The notes beneath the pieces were generated by a model. That model was not told the origin of the DNA, made no database searches, and saw nothing but the letters and a program-made list of their open reading frames with translations. 64,000 bases of DNA from Somniosus microcephalus (Eukaryota). Positions 38,001-50,000 of the stretch are shown here, in pieces. The stretch lies in assembly GCA_052327205.1 (NCBI GenBank), contig CM126222.1:56358001-56422000 (forward strand), written 5' to 3'. Within the stretch, counting starts at the first letter, position 1; each line of letters starts with the position of its first letter. A program made the position numbers and the translations under genes.

Positions 38001-41000
38001 AATTAAAGTAACAAATTCAGAAACTTTCCACTAGAATCAAATCTAATTCCTGAATTTCTTGTGATTTTTTTTTGCCACAGGCCCTTCCCACCAGGACCTC
38101 CGCAAATGAAGTTAATGAGCAGAATATCTTTACTTGAATTCAATGGAGACAGCATCCTGGATCAGATTGAAATCATTGGCGGGAATGCAACTGGGGTTTT
38201 CATTCACAAAATCAAATCTGCCTCTCCAGCGAGTAACAGTGGCCTTGAGCCAGGATCTCAGATCATGATGGTAGGCTTTCAGACATGCTGCAAAAAATGT
38301 TTGGTCTGCGTACTTTGTTATTGAAACAAGATGAAAGCTTGGAGTGGCAGGTTTACACAGACGACAGATCAAAAGTGAGGGAGCTATGCAGTGCTTCTTT
38401 AACCCCTGTGAGAAACCAAATAACTCACAACTCAAGTGTCATCCTTATGATGGTCTTTCACAAAAGTTAAAGAAAGACTTAGAATTTACTGTCGCTGCTG
38501 AGATATTTTTTTCGATCTTATGAATGTGTGGTTCATGGTAGTTGAACTTTAGTTGAATTCTATATGCTACTGCTGACCATTAAAATGTATTCTGTATGTG
38601 TAAAGGATGTTTTTTGATTTCCATTTGTGTAAAATTACATTCCTGGACTGTGTGTGACACAGCACATTGATGACATTTAACTGTAAAGTGCACATTTGCA
38701 CTTTCAGTTCTCCAGACGGTGAGCTCCCTGCCTTGGTCCTACCACTGGGGAGAGGTTATGGGAAGGTTTCTCTTGCTCGTACTCCTTCAAGAGATGTTGG
38801 AATGAGTCATTAGCCCACCCTCCTGGCTGTGAAATGCTGTGTAGTGGGAAGGGATCTACAAATAGGGGTAAAAGTAGTTCTGTAATAATATCATTTTTGT
38901 TAATGATATATGAAGTCAAACATTTTTATTTTGAATACTTATTTCATTTTACTGGTTTCAGGCACTCTGATAGCTCATAAGTAAAATTTTGGGGGGTAGA
39001 AATTCATCGGCGCCTGGTTTTGGGTGTGAAGGTAGCGATGTGGCCTCAATGTGCCCCCAAACTGGGTGGCCAGCAATTGGGCTTCGGGGGTGGTGGGTGG
39101 TTAGGAGAACAGTGGCAGAAGTCAGCAGGAGTGCTGTGCATCTGGCAGGAGCACACCCACCCCTCCTGGCTCCGCATGAATTTAAAAATCAAATATTAAA
39201 ACTTACCTCTTCGATGATGGCCAGTTCCTCGGCCCTATCCATGCCTGGGAAACCTGACCTGGTGCCTGCTCCGCTCTGGCCAGCCCAATTTCTCAGAGGA
39301 GATCTAACGCAGGTGATAGGCCCATCATTAGCATATGCCAATTCATTAAATATATTCAAGAAGGAGTTAGATATATTTCTTAAGGCTAAAGGGATCAAGG
39401 GATATGGGGAGAAGGCAGGGACAGGGTACTGAATTTGGATGATCAGCCATGATCTCATTAAATGGCGGAACAGGCTCGAGAGGCCGAATGGCCTACTCCT
39501 GCTCCTATCTTCCATGTTTCTAGGCAAAGGATCTGATGCCTATTTTCAGCTGCCATCTTAAAATCATCCAAAGCCAATACGCCGCAGACGTTTTTTAGGT
39601 GTCCTTGGGGTGCAGAGCATAGCCGTCTGGAAAACGGGTGCGGTAATAACTAGTTTCTACCCCTCTGTCTCTGAGCCACAGAGATAAGTAAGGTCCTGGG
39701 TTCAGTCTTCAGGCTGTGCTGAGTTAGCTGGGTTGGCAGTAGGGTCACAACAGTTAATGGCAGCGCCTCGAGAGTTAGACAAGGGAAAAAGCCAGGAGTC
39801 CAGCTCCATGCTATACAATGCAATTGCAATTGAATGCACGTGTGGGTGGATGCTGGATGCTAGAAGTCTGCCAACACTCATTATTCAAGATGACATATGA
39901 ATAATGGCTACATGGGCGAGGTACCAGAGTGCAACCATCACCCTGAAGCTCCATGGAGTGAGTCAGTGCCTTCAGGAGCGGAGGAGGATGAAAAAAATTC
40001 AACTATAACTACATTCTAATGGCAGCAGGAGTAGAAATTCAATCCTTTTCCCCACCTCGCATTTTAACACATGCCTGAATGCTCATACAAGTTCTCACTT
40101 GTTTCTGAAATGCTGAGATTGACCACATCTTCATGTTGTAATTCATTTGTGACAATAAGTCAATGAAATAAAGTGACAATAAGTCAATGAAATAAAGTGA
40201 CAGTCATCGGGATGTTGTACACACTTGTGTAATTATTCTCACTTTTGTTGCACCACTTTCTCAGGTGATGTCAAACATTTCCATACCATCATTCACGTTT
40301 TATAACAAAATGCACATTCAGCAAATATCCGACCTTGGTGAGAACATGTCCCACTGATTCTGGCTGTGTCCCAATATCCAACCTTGGTTACAATATGTCC
40401 CTCAGATTCTGGTTGGGTTCCAAACACCACATTATAATGAGACTCTATTATACTCGATTATACTATAATACACTGGTATTCCCTACTTGTACCATTTTCA
40501 GATCCATCCCTTGACTTCCATTAGAAGTCTTTTTATTCAAAAACAGTGGTATAAATGTTCATATGTTATGTTGAACAAGGTAATTGTTTGGCTGTAAAGA
40601 ACTGAAATCTTTCTTGAAGACTACTTATATTGATGAATCTACAGGTGGAATATAATGGCAGAGAGCAAAAGAAGACCATACTAGAGGATGCCAGTTTAGA
40701 GGAGGCTGTTTGGACCTTGAAGCAAATTAAAGGGATGTGCTGTTTGACCATAAGGCGCAAGGGAGAGGGTGAGTGCCACAACAAATGGAATAAATACTGT
40801 GCTATTAATCCAACAGTCACTAGGATATGAAGCAAACTATGCGGCATGTGTTCCAAACATATTCAAATGCGCCATCCATGATTACAAAAAAGATTAAATT
40901 AATAACATTTTACAACCATTAAGAACAAAGTATAAGAGGGAGTCGCTGGGCCCTTTTAAAAAATCAGTTATAAAGATTACTAATTAATGTTGGATATTTT

Positions 41001-44000
41001 GTACTGTTGTTGTGATTTTGTTATTTCAATTTGAATAGTGAGAAGATTATTAGGGTTGCTCGTTAATTGAGTTATTGCAGCGAGCAGTGTAGGAAAGTGG
41101 AATTATTGTCAGTTAATCCACTCTGCTCAGTAACTTTTCCAAACCACGGTTTCTAGTGACGTTATCAGCTGGTTAAATGAAAACATTCACAAAATTATTA
41201 GAATGAAACAAAAGAGTGTTTGAATTAATCGCAATTCTCCATAACATTGCTTGTATAAGAGAATCCAGATGGTAAAACACTTCAAAAGTATGAATTCCAG
41301 TTACTTTTTTGTCTCCAGTAAATTATCACATTGCTGTGCTGTGGAATTATAACAGAATAAATTCATAAACTAAACCGCCCATATATTTAATTTGGTGTTT
41401 AAAAATAACATTTTTGAATTTTGATGTGACAGTGAAGGTGATATTTGGTTGGGGGAAAGGAACTAATAATAATCAATATTTTCTATCTGGAATACCTTTT
41501 CGCTGACTGTGGAACAAGGTTGGTGCCAGTCTTGGAGATAGCATTTACAGCCGGGAGTAGTTTGTCAGCTAAAAGAGGCCATGTGGAGGGGAATGGCAGT
41601 ATAAAAGCTGGAAATAGAAACATAATGACGATATTGGAAAAATAAGACCTTCAGTGCAGTGTTTGTGTATTTTTTAACAAACGTTACTCATCCAGATTGC
41701 TGAAATTTAAATCTGTACTACAGCAATGTAAAAGACTCCGGAGCAGAGATGGATTGGGAAGAAAGAAAATCACAAGTTTAAGTCTAGGATTTGACTGGCA
41801 TTGTATGTTGGTCCCATGCATTTCAAAATGACCACCACCCTCCCTGAATCATTTTCATAGTTTTTATTTAACCCCAGCCATTAAACTATTTCTTCCAACA
41901 CCAGCCACATCAAACTCGATTTTGCTCTATGAATTTACAGGCTATGGGGAATTAAAATGGGGACAAATGGGATGTTTTCACCATATTTATGGGACCATAT
42001 AGTTCAAATAAGTGATTTGTTGGGGCAAGTGAATTGTTTCCACTCGGAAACCATCCTATTCATGGCTGTCTTGACCTTTTAAGCAAAATTCCGGCACTTG
42101 GGCAACAAATTACACTACATGTGGTAAGTACGCAAATTCACATAAGAACATAAGAAATAGGAGCAGGAATAGGCCACTAGGCCCCTCGAGCCTGCTCCGC
42201 CATTCAATAAGACCATGGCTGACCTTGGGCTCAAAGCCACTTCCCCACCCGCTCCCCATAACCCTTCGCTCCCTTATCTTGCAAAAATCTGTCTATCTCC
42301 ACCTTAAATGTCTCTGGGGCAGAGAATTCCACAGATTTACAACCCTCTGAGAGAGGAAATTCCTCCTCATCTCAGTTCTAAAATGGCGACCCTTTATTCT
42401 AAAACTGTGCCCCCGAGTTCTAGATTTCCCCATGAGGGGGAACATCCTCTCTGCATCTACCTTGTTGAGCCCCCTGAGTATTTTACATGTTTCAATAAGA
42501 TCACCTCTCATTCTTCTAAATTCCAATGAGTATAGGCCCAGCCTGCTCAACCTTTCCTTATAAGTCAACCCCCTCAGCTCTGGAATTAACCTAGTGAATC
42601 GTCTCTGTACTGCCTCCAATGCAAGTATATCCTTCCTTAAATAAGGAGACCAGAACTGTACGCAGTACTCAAGGTGTGGTCTCACCAATACCCTGTACAG
42701 TTGTAGCAGAACTTCCCTGCTTTTATACTCCAACCCCCTTGAAATAAAGGCCAACATACCATTTGCCTTTTTGATTACTTGCTGTACCTGCATGCTAACT
42801 TTTTGTGTTTCATGCACAAGGACCCCCAGGTCCCTCTGAACTGTAGCATTTTGTAACCTCTCTCCATTTAAATAATAATTTGCTTTTTTATTTTTCCTGC
42901 CAAAGTGTATAACCTCGCACTTTCCCACATTATACTCCATCTGCCAAATGTTTGCCCACTCACTTAGCCTGTCTATGTCCCTTTGCAGATTCTTTGAGTC
43001 CTCTGCACAACTTGTTTTCCCACCCATCTTTGTATCATCTGCAAACTTGGCTACATTACACTCGGTTCCTTCATCCAAGTCATTAATGTAGCTTGTAAAT
43101 AGTTGAGGCCCCAACACCGATCCCTGTGGCACCCCACTAGTTACCGTTTGCCAATCGGAAAATGACCCATTTATCCCGACTCTCTGTTTTCTGTTAGTTA
43201 GCCAATTCTCTATCCATGCTAAAATATTACCCCCAATTCCGTGAGCTCTTATCTTATGCAGTAACCTTTTATGTAGCACCTTATCGAATGCCTTCTGGAA
43301 ATCCAAATGCACCACATCCACTGGCTCACCCTTATCCACCCTGCTCGTTACATCCTCAAAGAACTCCAGCAAATTTGTTAACCATGATTTCCCTTTCATA
43401 AAACCATGCTGACTCTGCTTGACTGCATTATGATTTTCCAAATGCCCTGCTACTGCTTCCTTAATGAAGGACTCCAGCATTTTCCCAATGACAGATGTTG
43501 GGCTAACTGGTCTATAGTTTCCTGCTTTCTGTCTCCCTCCTTTCTTAAATAGGGGTGTTACATTTGCGGTTTTCCAATCCGCTGGGACCTCTCCAGAGTC
43601 CAGGGAATTTTGGTATATTGCAACCAATGCATCCACTATCTCTGCAGCCACTTCTTTTAAGACCCTGGGATGGAGGCCATCTGGTCCAGGGGACTCGTCA
43701 TCTTTTAGTCCCATTATTTTACCAAGTACTATTTTCTTAGTGATAGTGATTGTCTTTAGTTCCCCCCTCCCTGTGGCCCCTTCATTATCCATTATTGGAA
43801 TGTTGTTAGTGTCTTCTACTGTGGAGACAGATACAAAATATTTGATCAGAGTCTCTGCCATTTCCCCATTCCCCATTATTAATTCCCCAGTCTCATCCTC
43901 CAAGGGACCAATGTTTACTTTAGCTACCCTCTTCCTTTTTATATACCTGTAGAAGCTCTTACTATCTGTTTTAATGTTTCTTGCCAGTTTACTCTCATAA

Positions 44001-47000
44001 TTCATCTCTCTATTATGTTTTTAGTCATCCTTTGCTGGTTTTTAAAAATTTCCCAATCCTCTGGTCTCCCACCAATCTTGGCAACATTAGAAACATAGAA
44101 GATAGGAGCAGGAGTAGGCCATTCAGCCCTTCGAGCCTGCTCCGCCATTCAACGAGATCATGGCTGATCATCCAAACCCTAGCACCCAGTCCCTACACTG
44201 ACAGCCATCCCACCCAAGCCCTATCCCCGTAACTCTGTAACCCCACGTATTTTAATCACCCCTAACACTAAGGGCCAATTTTTATCATGGCCAATCAACC
44301 TAACCCGCATATCTTTGGACTGTGGGAGGAAACCGGAGCACCCGGAGAAAACCCACGCAAACACGGGGAGAATGTGCAAACTCCACACAGACAGTCACCC
44401 GAGGCCGGATTTGAACCCGGGTCCCTGGTGCTGTGAGGCAACAGTGCTAACCACTATGCCACCATGCTGCCCACGTATGGCATAGTGGTTATTGTATGCC
44501 TTCATTTTCAATTTGATACCATCCTTTACTTCCTTAGTTAACCATGGATGGTGCTCCCTTCTCTTAAAATCTTTCTTTCTCACTGGAATATATTTTTGTT
44601 GAGACTTATGAAATATCTCCTTAAATGTCCACCACTGCATTTCAACTGTCTTACCCTTTAATTTATTTTTCCAGTCCACTTTAGCCAGTTCTGCCCTCAT
44701 GCCATTGTAATTGCCTTTGTTTAAGATCAGGACACTGGTTTGAAATACAACTTTCTCACCCTCCAACTGAATTTGAAATTCAACCATGCTATGATCACTC
44801 TTTCCTAGAGAATCCTTTACTTATGAGATCATTTATTAATTCTATCTCATTACACAGTACCAGATTCAAGATAGCCTGCTCCCTGGTTGGTTCCATTACA
44901 TACTGTTCTAGGAAACCATCCCGGATACACTCTATGTGCTCCCCAAGGCTACCATGGCCAATTTGATTTGTCCAATCAATATGGAGATTAAAATCACCCA
45001 TGATTATTACCGTACCTTTTTTACAGGCCTCCATTATTTGTTGATTTATACTCTGTCCAACAGTATTGTTACTGTTCGGGGGTCTGTAGACTATGCCCAC
45101 CAGAGACTTTTTCCCTTTATTATTTTTTATCTCCACCCAAATCAATTCTACATCTTGATCTTCTGAGCCAATATCACTTCCCACCACTGCACTGATCCCA
45201 TCCTTTACCAACAAAGCCACCCCCCTCCCTTTCCTTTCTGTCTATCCTTCTGAATTGTCAAATACCCTGGAATATTCAGTTCCCAGCCCTGATCACCTTG
45301 CAACCATGTCTCTGTAATGGCGATCAGATCATATCTATTTGTGCCGTCAACTCATCGATCTTGTTAGGAATGCTGCGTGCATTCAGATATAGAGCGTTTA
45401 ACTTTTATCTTTTTGCCATTTCTCACAGGATCTTATGCCACACCAAATTATTTGTTCTAATTATGTTTTTTTCTCCAGACAGAAAAAATTAGAAATATAT
45501 GACAGTGAATCAGGAATATCTAAATATTAGTCCTGCATGTTCTGGTACATGTTGAAGACGGTGTTGCTTAAATTTCATACTTTATTTGATCTGAAGTATT
45601 TATTTTTCTTCTAATACAATATTGCTTGAAGTATCACAGTTAAATTTAGTTAAAAATGTTAAACCTCTTGTGATTTTGTATCTTCGGTTAAACGTCTATG
45701 TTGAAGTTAAGCTGTGGTCTAAGAAAGCAAGCCAACCCAGAATATATGTTGTGTTGTGCTTTATTTAATCAGTTTACCAAACATTGGTGGAAAATATTGA
45801 GAAGAAGATTGTTACCTCTGGTGATTCATTCTACATCCGAGTCAATGTAACATTTGATAAGGAAAGTGGAGCCCTGGGTGGATTTACTGTCCAATGCAAT
45901 GAAATCCTGCATGTCACTGACACCGTGCACAGAGGCAGTAGTGAGTGGAGAACATTCAGAGTGAATCCCAACACAATGGTTGACAAGGACGGTGGTACTA
46001 TTCCAAATTACTACCGGTAAGCATGTAACATTGATGATACTCTCGGTACTGGCAAACCAGTCTTTGTGATCTGAACCACAGTAAATGTGTTTTATTTAGA
46101 GCATTGCAGCATTTGTGGCAAATTTTTAAAATGCTGAAAATCATTTTTATACACATCACGTTTGCAAATTTTGGTGTCTTACTAGCTGGTCGCTGGGAGT
46201 TGTGCAAATATGGCCTGCGATAACTATGCTCCTGGTTTTTGCCTCCTCTGATGAAGTGATGTTGAGCCAATGTCAGACATCCCCTGCTGCCTCCCTTCTA
46301 GGAAAATCAAGTCTGTGCTCCTGCACTCAGTGACACTGTGCATTAATGCTCTAAAGTATTGGACGATTTAACATGTTTTGCTGCAAGAAACGTTTGTGTT
46401 TGCCCTTTGAATATCTCTGACTTGTGTCCCTGGTGGGTCTGGTTCTGCACAGGGAGGGCCAAAGCGCAACATTTCCCCTTATATTTATTTTTATTCCATT
46501 TTTTTCTAGTAATTATTTTCCCTTTGTCTCATACATTAGCATCCCATAAGAGAACAGTTATGCTCATTTTGTAATCGGCTGCTAGGAGGTGAATTACTCA
46601 GGTTGACTCACACACTAATTCTTCTTATTCTCTGTATAAGATCGGGGACTTAGCCTGTGAGGAATGATGCTGTGAATCTGGCTCCCATTACTCTGAAATA
46701 GTGCTTTAAGACTGTGGCCTAGAAATTCAGTGGCCTGCGCCACCAGTTTGCGCCCAAAGAGGGCTTTTGCGCCACTGTGCAAACCTACCGCGATATTTAG
46801 TGGGGCGCTAATGGCGGCGTTAGCCAGTAGCGCTGCGCCGCCACCGATGACGTCATCGGTGTGCGCAGCGCCCCGCTATCACCCCGCTGGCCATATTTAG
46901 TCGCTGCCGCCTCCCCCGCGCCGGCTGCAAACAGCGACCGGTACACGGGGCCTACCTGTGCCGGTAGTGGGGCGAGTTAAGGTGGAGGTGCGGCCGGCCG

Positions 47001-50000
47001 CTTTTTCGGCGGCCGCCTGCCCGTACCTCCGTCCCCGGCCTCCTACACCCGCCCCCCCCCCCCCCGCGGCATTGCCGGCTGTTTCCAGAGAGCCCGGCAC
47101 TTCTCCTTGGTGCCGGGTTCATTTGCCGGCACTCGCGAGCGGGGATCGCGCTGTTGCAGGCACCTCCCCCTTAAGAGTGAGAGGAAGGCCTGCAGTACCG
47201 CAGGCTGCCGTGCCGCAGCGGGTGGCGCTGCGGCACTTTGCACGCCGATATTCAGTTTCAGCGCCCCAAGTGGGGCGCCGAAACCCTTGTTTAGCGGCCG
47301 GCTTCCACTTGGGGCGCTGAAACTGAATATCCCGCTGGCGCAAGTGGCTCCGCGCGCAGCGGTAATTCCGGCGCCCAGGCGAGCTGGGCGCCCCTAACTG
47401 AATTTCTAGGCCTGTCTTCCTTGACTTAGGGTTTCCGAATTTACTGATGAGATTATATCATATACTGCATGGCCTGGGGACATCGAAAGCTTAAACCTGA
47501 CCTAGTCTACAAGCCAACCAACCTGTTTCTGCACCCCAGCACCCAACTGCATTGGTCAGGTGCCAAAGCTATAAAAGTGTTAAATAAAGCTTGCCCAATG
47601 GTTCAGTTGGTAAAACCAACATATAACTGAACCATACAGACCAGAAGGTTCTTTGTTTAATTATTACTCTGTACTGAGTTAACTAATTTCTTCCAGGTGG
47701 CACTTGCAGCATTACAGTTAGCCTCAGTAATCTTGGGCTTATTAATTTAAATACTGAAGTCAATACGTTGTGGAAAAACTAGAATGACTTTGAATGGACT
47801 ACATAAGTTTAAAAAATGATGCACCCTCTCTAAACCATCTTTGTAGTATTAGTTACCCCAATGCTGTTGGGAACCACACAGATTGAAAAGTCCCAGGTTC
47901 AATTCCTGACCTATGCTGAGTTAGTTCATTTCAGTCAGGCGTGCTGCAATTGGCCTCAGCTAAGGAGGGGGAAATCATGCAGGATTCCTGCTTCTGAAGA
48001 AACTTATTTATCAATATTCTGTCAGCTAAAGATGTAAGTGTGAGTGTCTTGTTTCTGTTTAGGGCTCAGCAGCTGTTGATTGGGATGATTCAGAACATGG
48101 CTCGACAGATTCCATCAATTAAAAAGGTGAAATGTAATATACTAATCAAAGATAATTTTAAAAGGGCCTTCACCAGTACAATGGTGAGATTTTATCAGCA
48201 AAGAGTGTAAGATAGATTGGAACAATAGCAAAATACTGCGGATGCTGGAAATCTGAAATAACAACAGCAAGTGCTGGAAACACTCAGCAGGTCAGGCAGC
48301 ATCGAGGAGAGAGAAACAGAGTTAACGTTTCAGGTTGAACCGAAACGTTGACTGTTTCTCTCTCCTCGATGCTGCCTGACCTGCTGAGTGTTTCCAAGAT
48401 AGATTGGAAACCCATTAATAATTCACACAATAATAAAACAGTTCCTGTTCTTCTGATGCAGTTCGGTTTGTATGTTATGTTCTTTATACTGAGACTCAGC
48501 TCCATAATCTGGGCCCAGTGTATGGATTGGATGGAGCTGCCTGCGTTACAGTGCTGGATTTCAGCAGGGCAGTTCCACAGCTGTACTTAGAAGTGCTACT
48601 TCACACAATGCATGTTTTTTTTTGCATATATGGTGGGTAAAACAGATGGGCATTGGTACAGGGAAGATGTGATATAGAGTATATGTGATTGAATCAACCT
48701 TCTCCTGAGCTTGGCCTTTTAAAATAAATAAATAAATAAATAACACCTATGATGCATGTACAATCATATTTAATTCAACCTCCAAACGGCTGCATTACAA
48801 GCCATAGGTCTCGGTGTAAAAAGCATATTAATTATATGAACTAGGAAAATTATGCCACGCTGCACCACTGGGGCTGGAATACTAGAAGCTGAGGACTGAG
48901 AGAAGCTGTGCTGGTGACTGAGGAGCAGTGTTTGTCTCACGTCTCTTGGTGGCATACATGTTCCATACATATACATATGTACATAACATTGTGCAGTGTA
49001 AGTGAGGCAGATGCCTTACTGGCTTAACTGTTTACTTAAGTCATTTCACCCATTTAATATATACAATAATTCATCACATGAATCATTTAACTCATTAAAA
49101 ATATAGATACATTACTTGCTGTGTTTCAGGTCAGGTGTCATGCCTACTCTTTCCTAATACTCTGTGCCGTGCTTGTTTTTCCAGCGAGATCGGAAATCAA
49201 CTTCTTCAAGTCAAAATAAACTTGTGCGCATAGTCAGCACTGATAAAAGTCAGAGAAATCCACTCTGGTTATCATTCGACTGTGGCACCATCAATCCCGA
49301 CAAAGAACAAGGTAAGAATCGGCTGTCACAGACTAAAGTAGATCTCTTATCATAACAGGTTGTGACCATTTCATTTATAATGGCCCATAATTTGCGGTCA
49401 GCGGCGAAGCAAAGGCGTTTGCCGCTGGCCCCGAAGTAAGCGTCCCACAAAGATCTCGCGATCTCTGTAGTGAGAAGTTCAGCTTTTCCGAAGCGTAATT
49501 GAAATCGACGCAAGTTAATGGGGAATCCCTAACACGAGCTGCTGTGACGTCATCAAGCTGTCTAAGCAGCCAATCACAATGCAGAATTTTCACAGACAGC
49601 GAACCAGGTAGTGGGTAAGCTCCTTTAAATGGCTAGAAATTTGGCTCCTTTGCGCCTGCCATTAGTGGTGCTAATGGGGCACAAAGAGCCTATCGCCTGG
49701 GGGGGGGGGGGGGGGGGGCGAAAAAAGTGCCTCCTGAGAAATTTGGCGGGGCATTGCTGAGGCACTACCCGATAGCAGTGTGCTTCCACCAGAAGCGCCC
49801 CAGGCCACTGCGCTACTGGCAATGACGTCATTGCCGTGCACTGCAACCCCTTAGCGCCCCGCTGCGGCCCCTTACCGCCCCGCGGTAGAAATTCAGCTGC
49901 GTCCCGCGAGGCTGTCGCGGGCGATGTCAGCACCAGCCTCGCGAACCGGGCCGACCTCCGCTCACTGGGTGGTATTTAAAGGGGAGGTGCGGCTGTGACC

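Noticed and set aside
40149-40202. CRISPR-like repeat
   Set aside because: Head-to-tail duplication with no spacers, in vertebrate DNA.
44400-44473. tRNA gene
   Set aside because: A and B boxes are present, but the sequence continues into V-SINE core and LINE tail with no proper acceptor stem.
46897-47397. Several overlapping GC-rich ORFs or a CpG-island promoter
   Set aside because: Entirely inside a TIR/TSD-bounded MITE; open frames reflect GC content.
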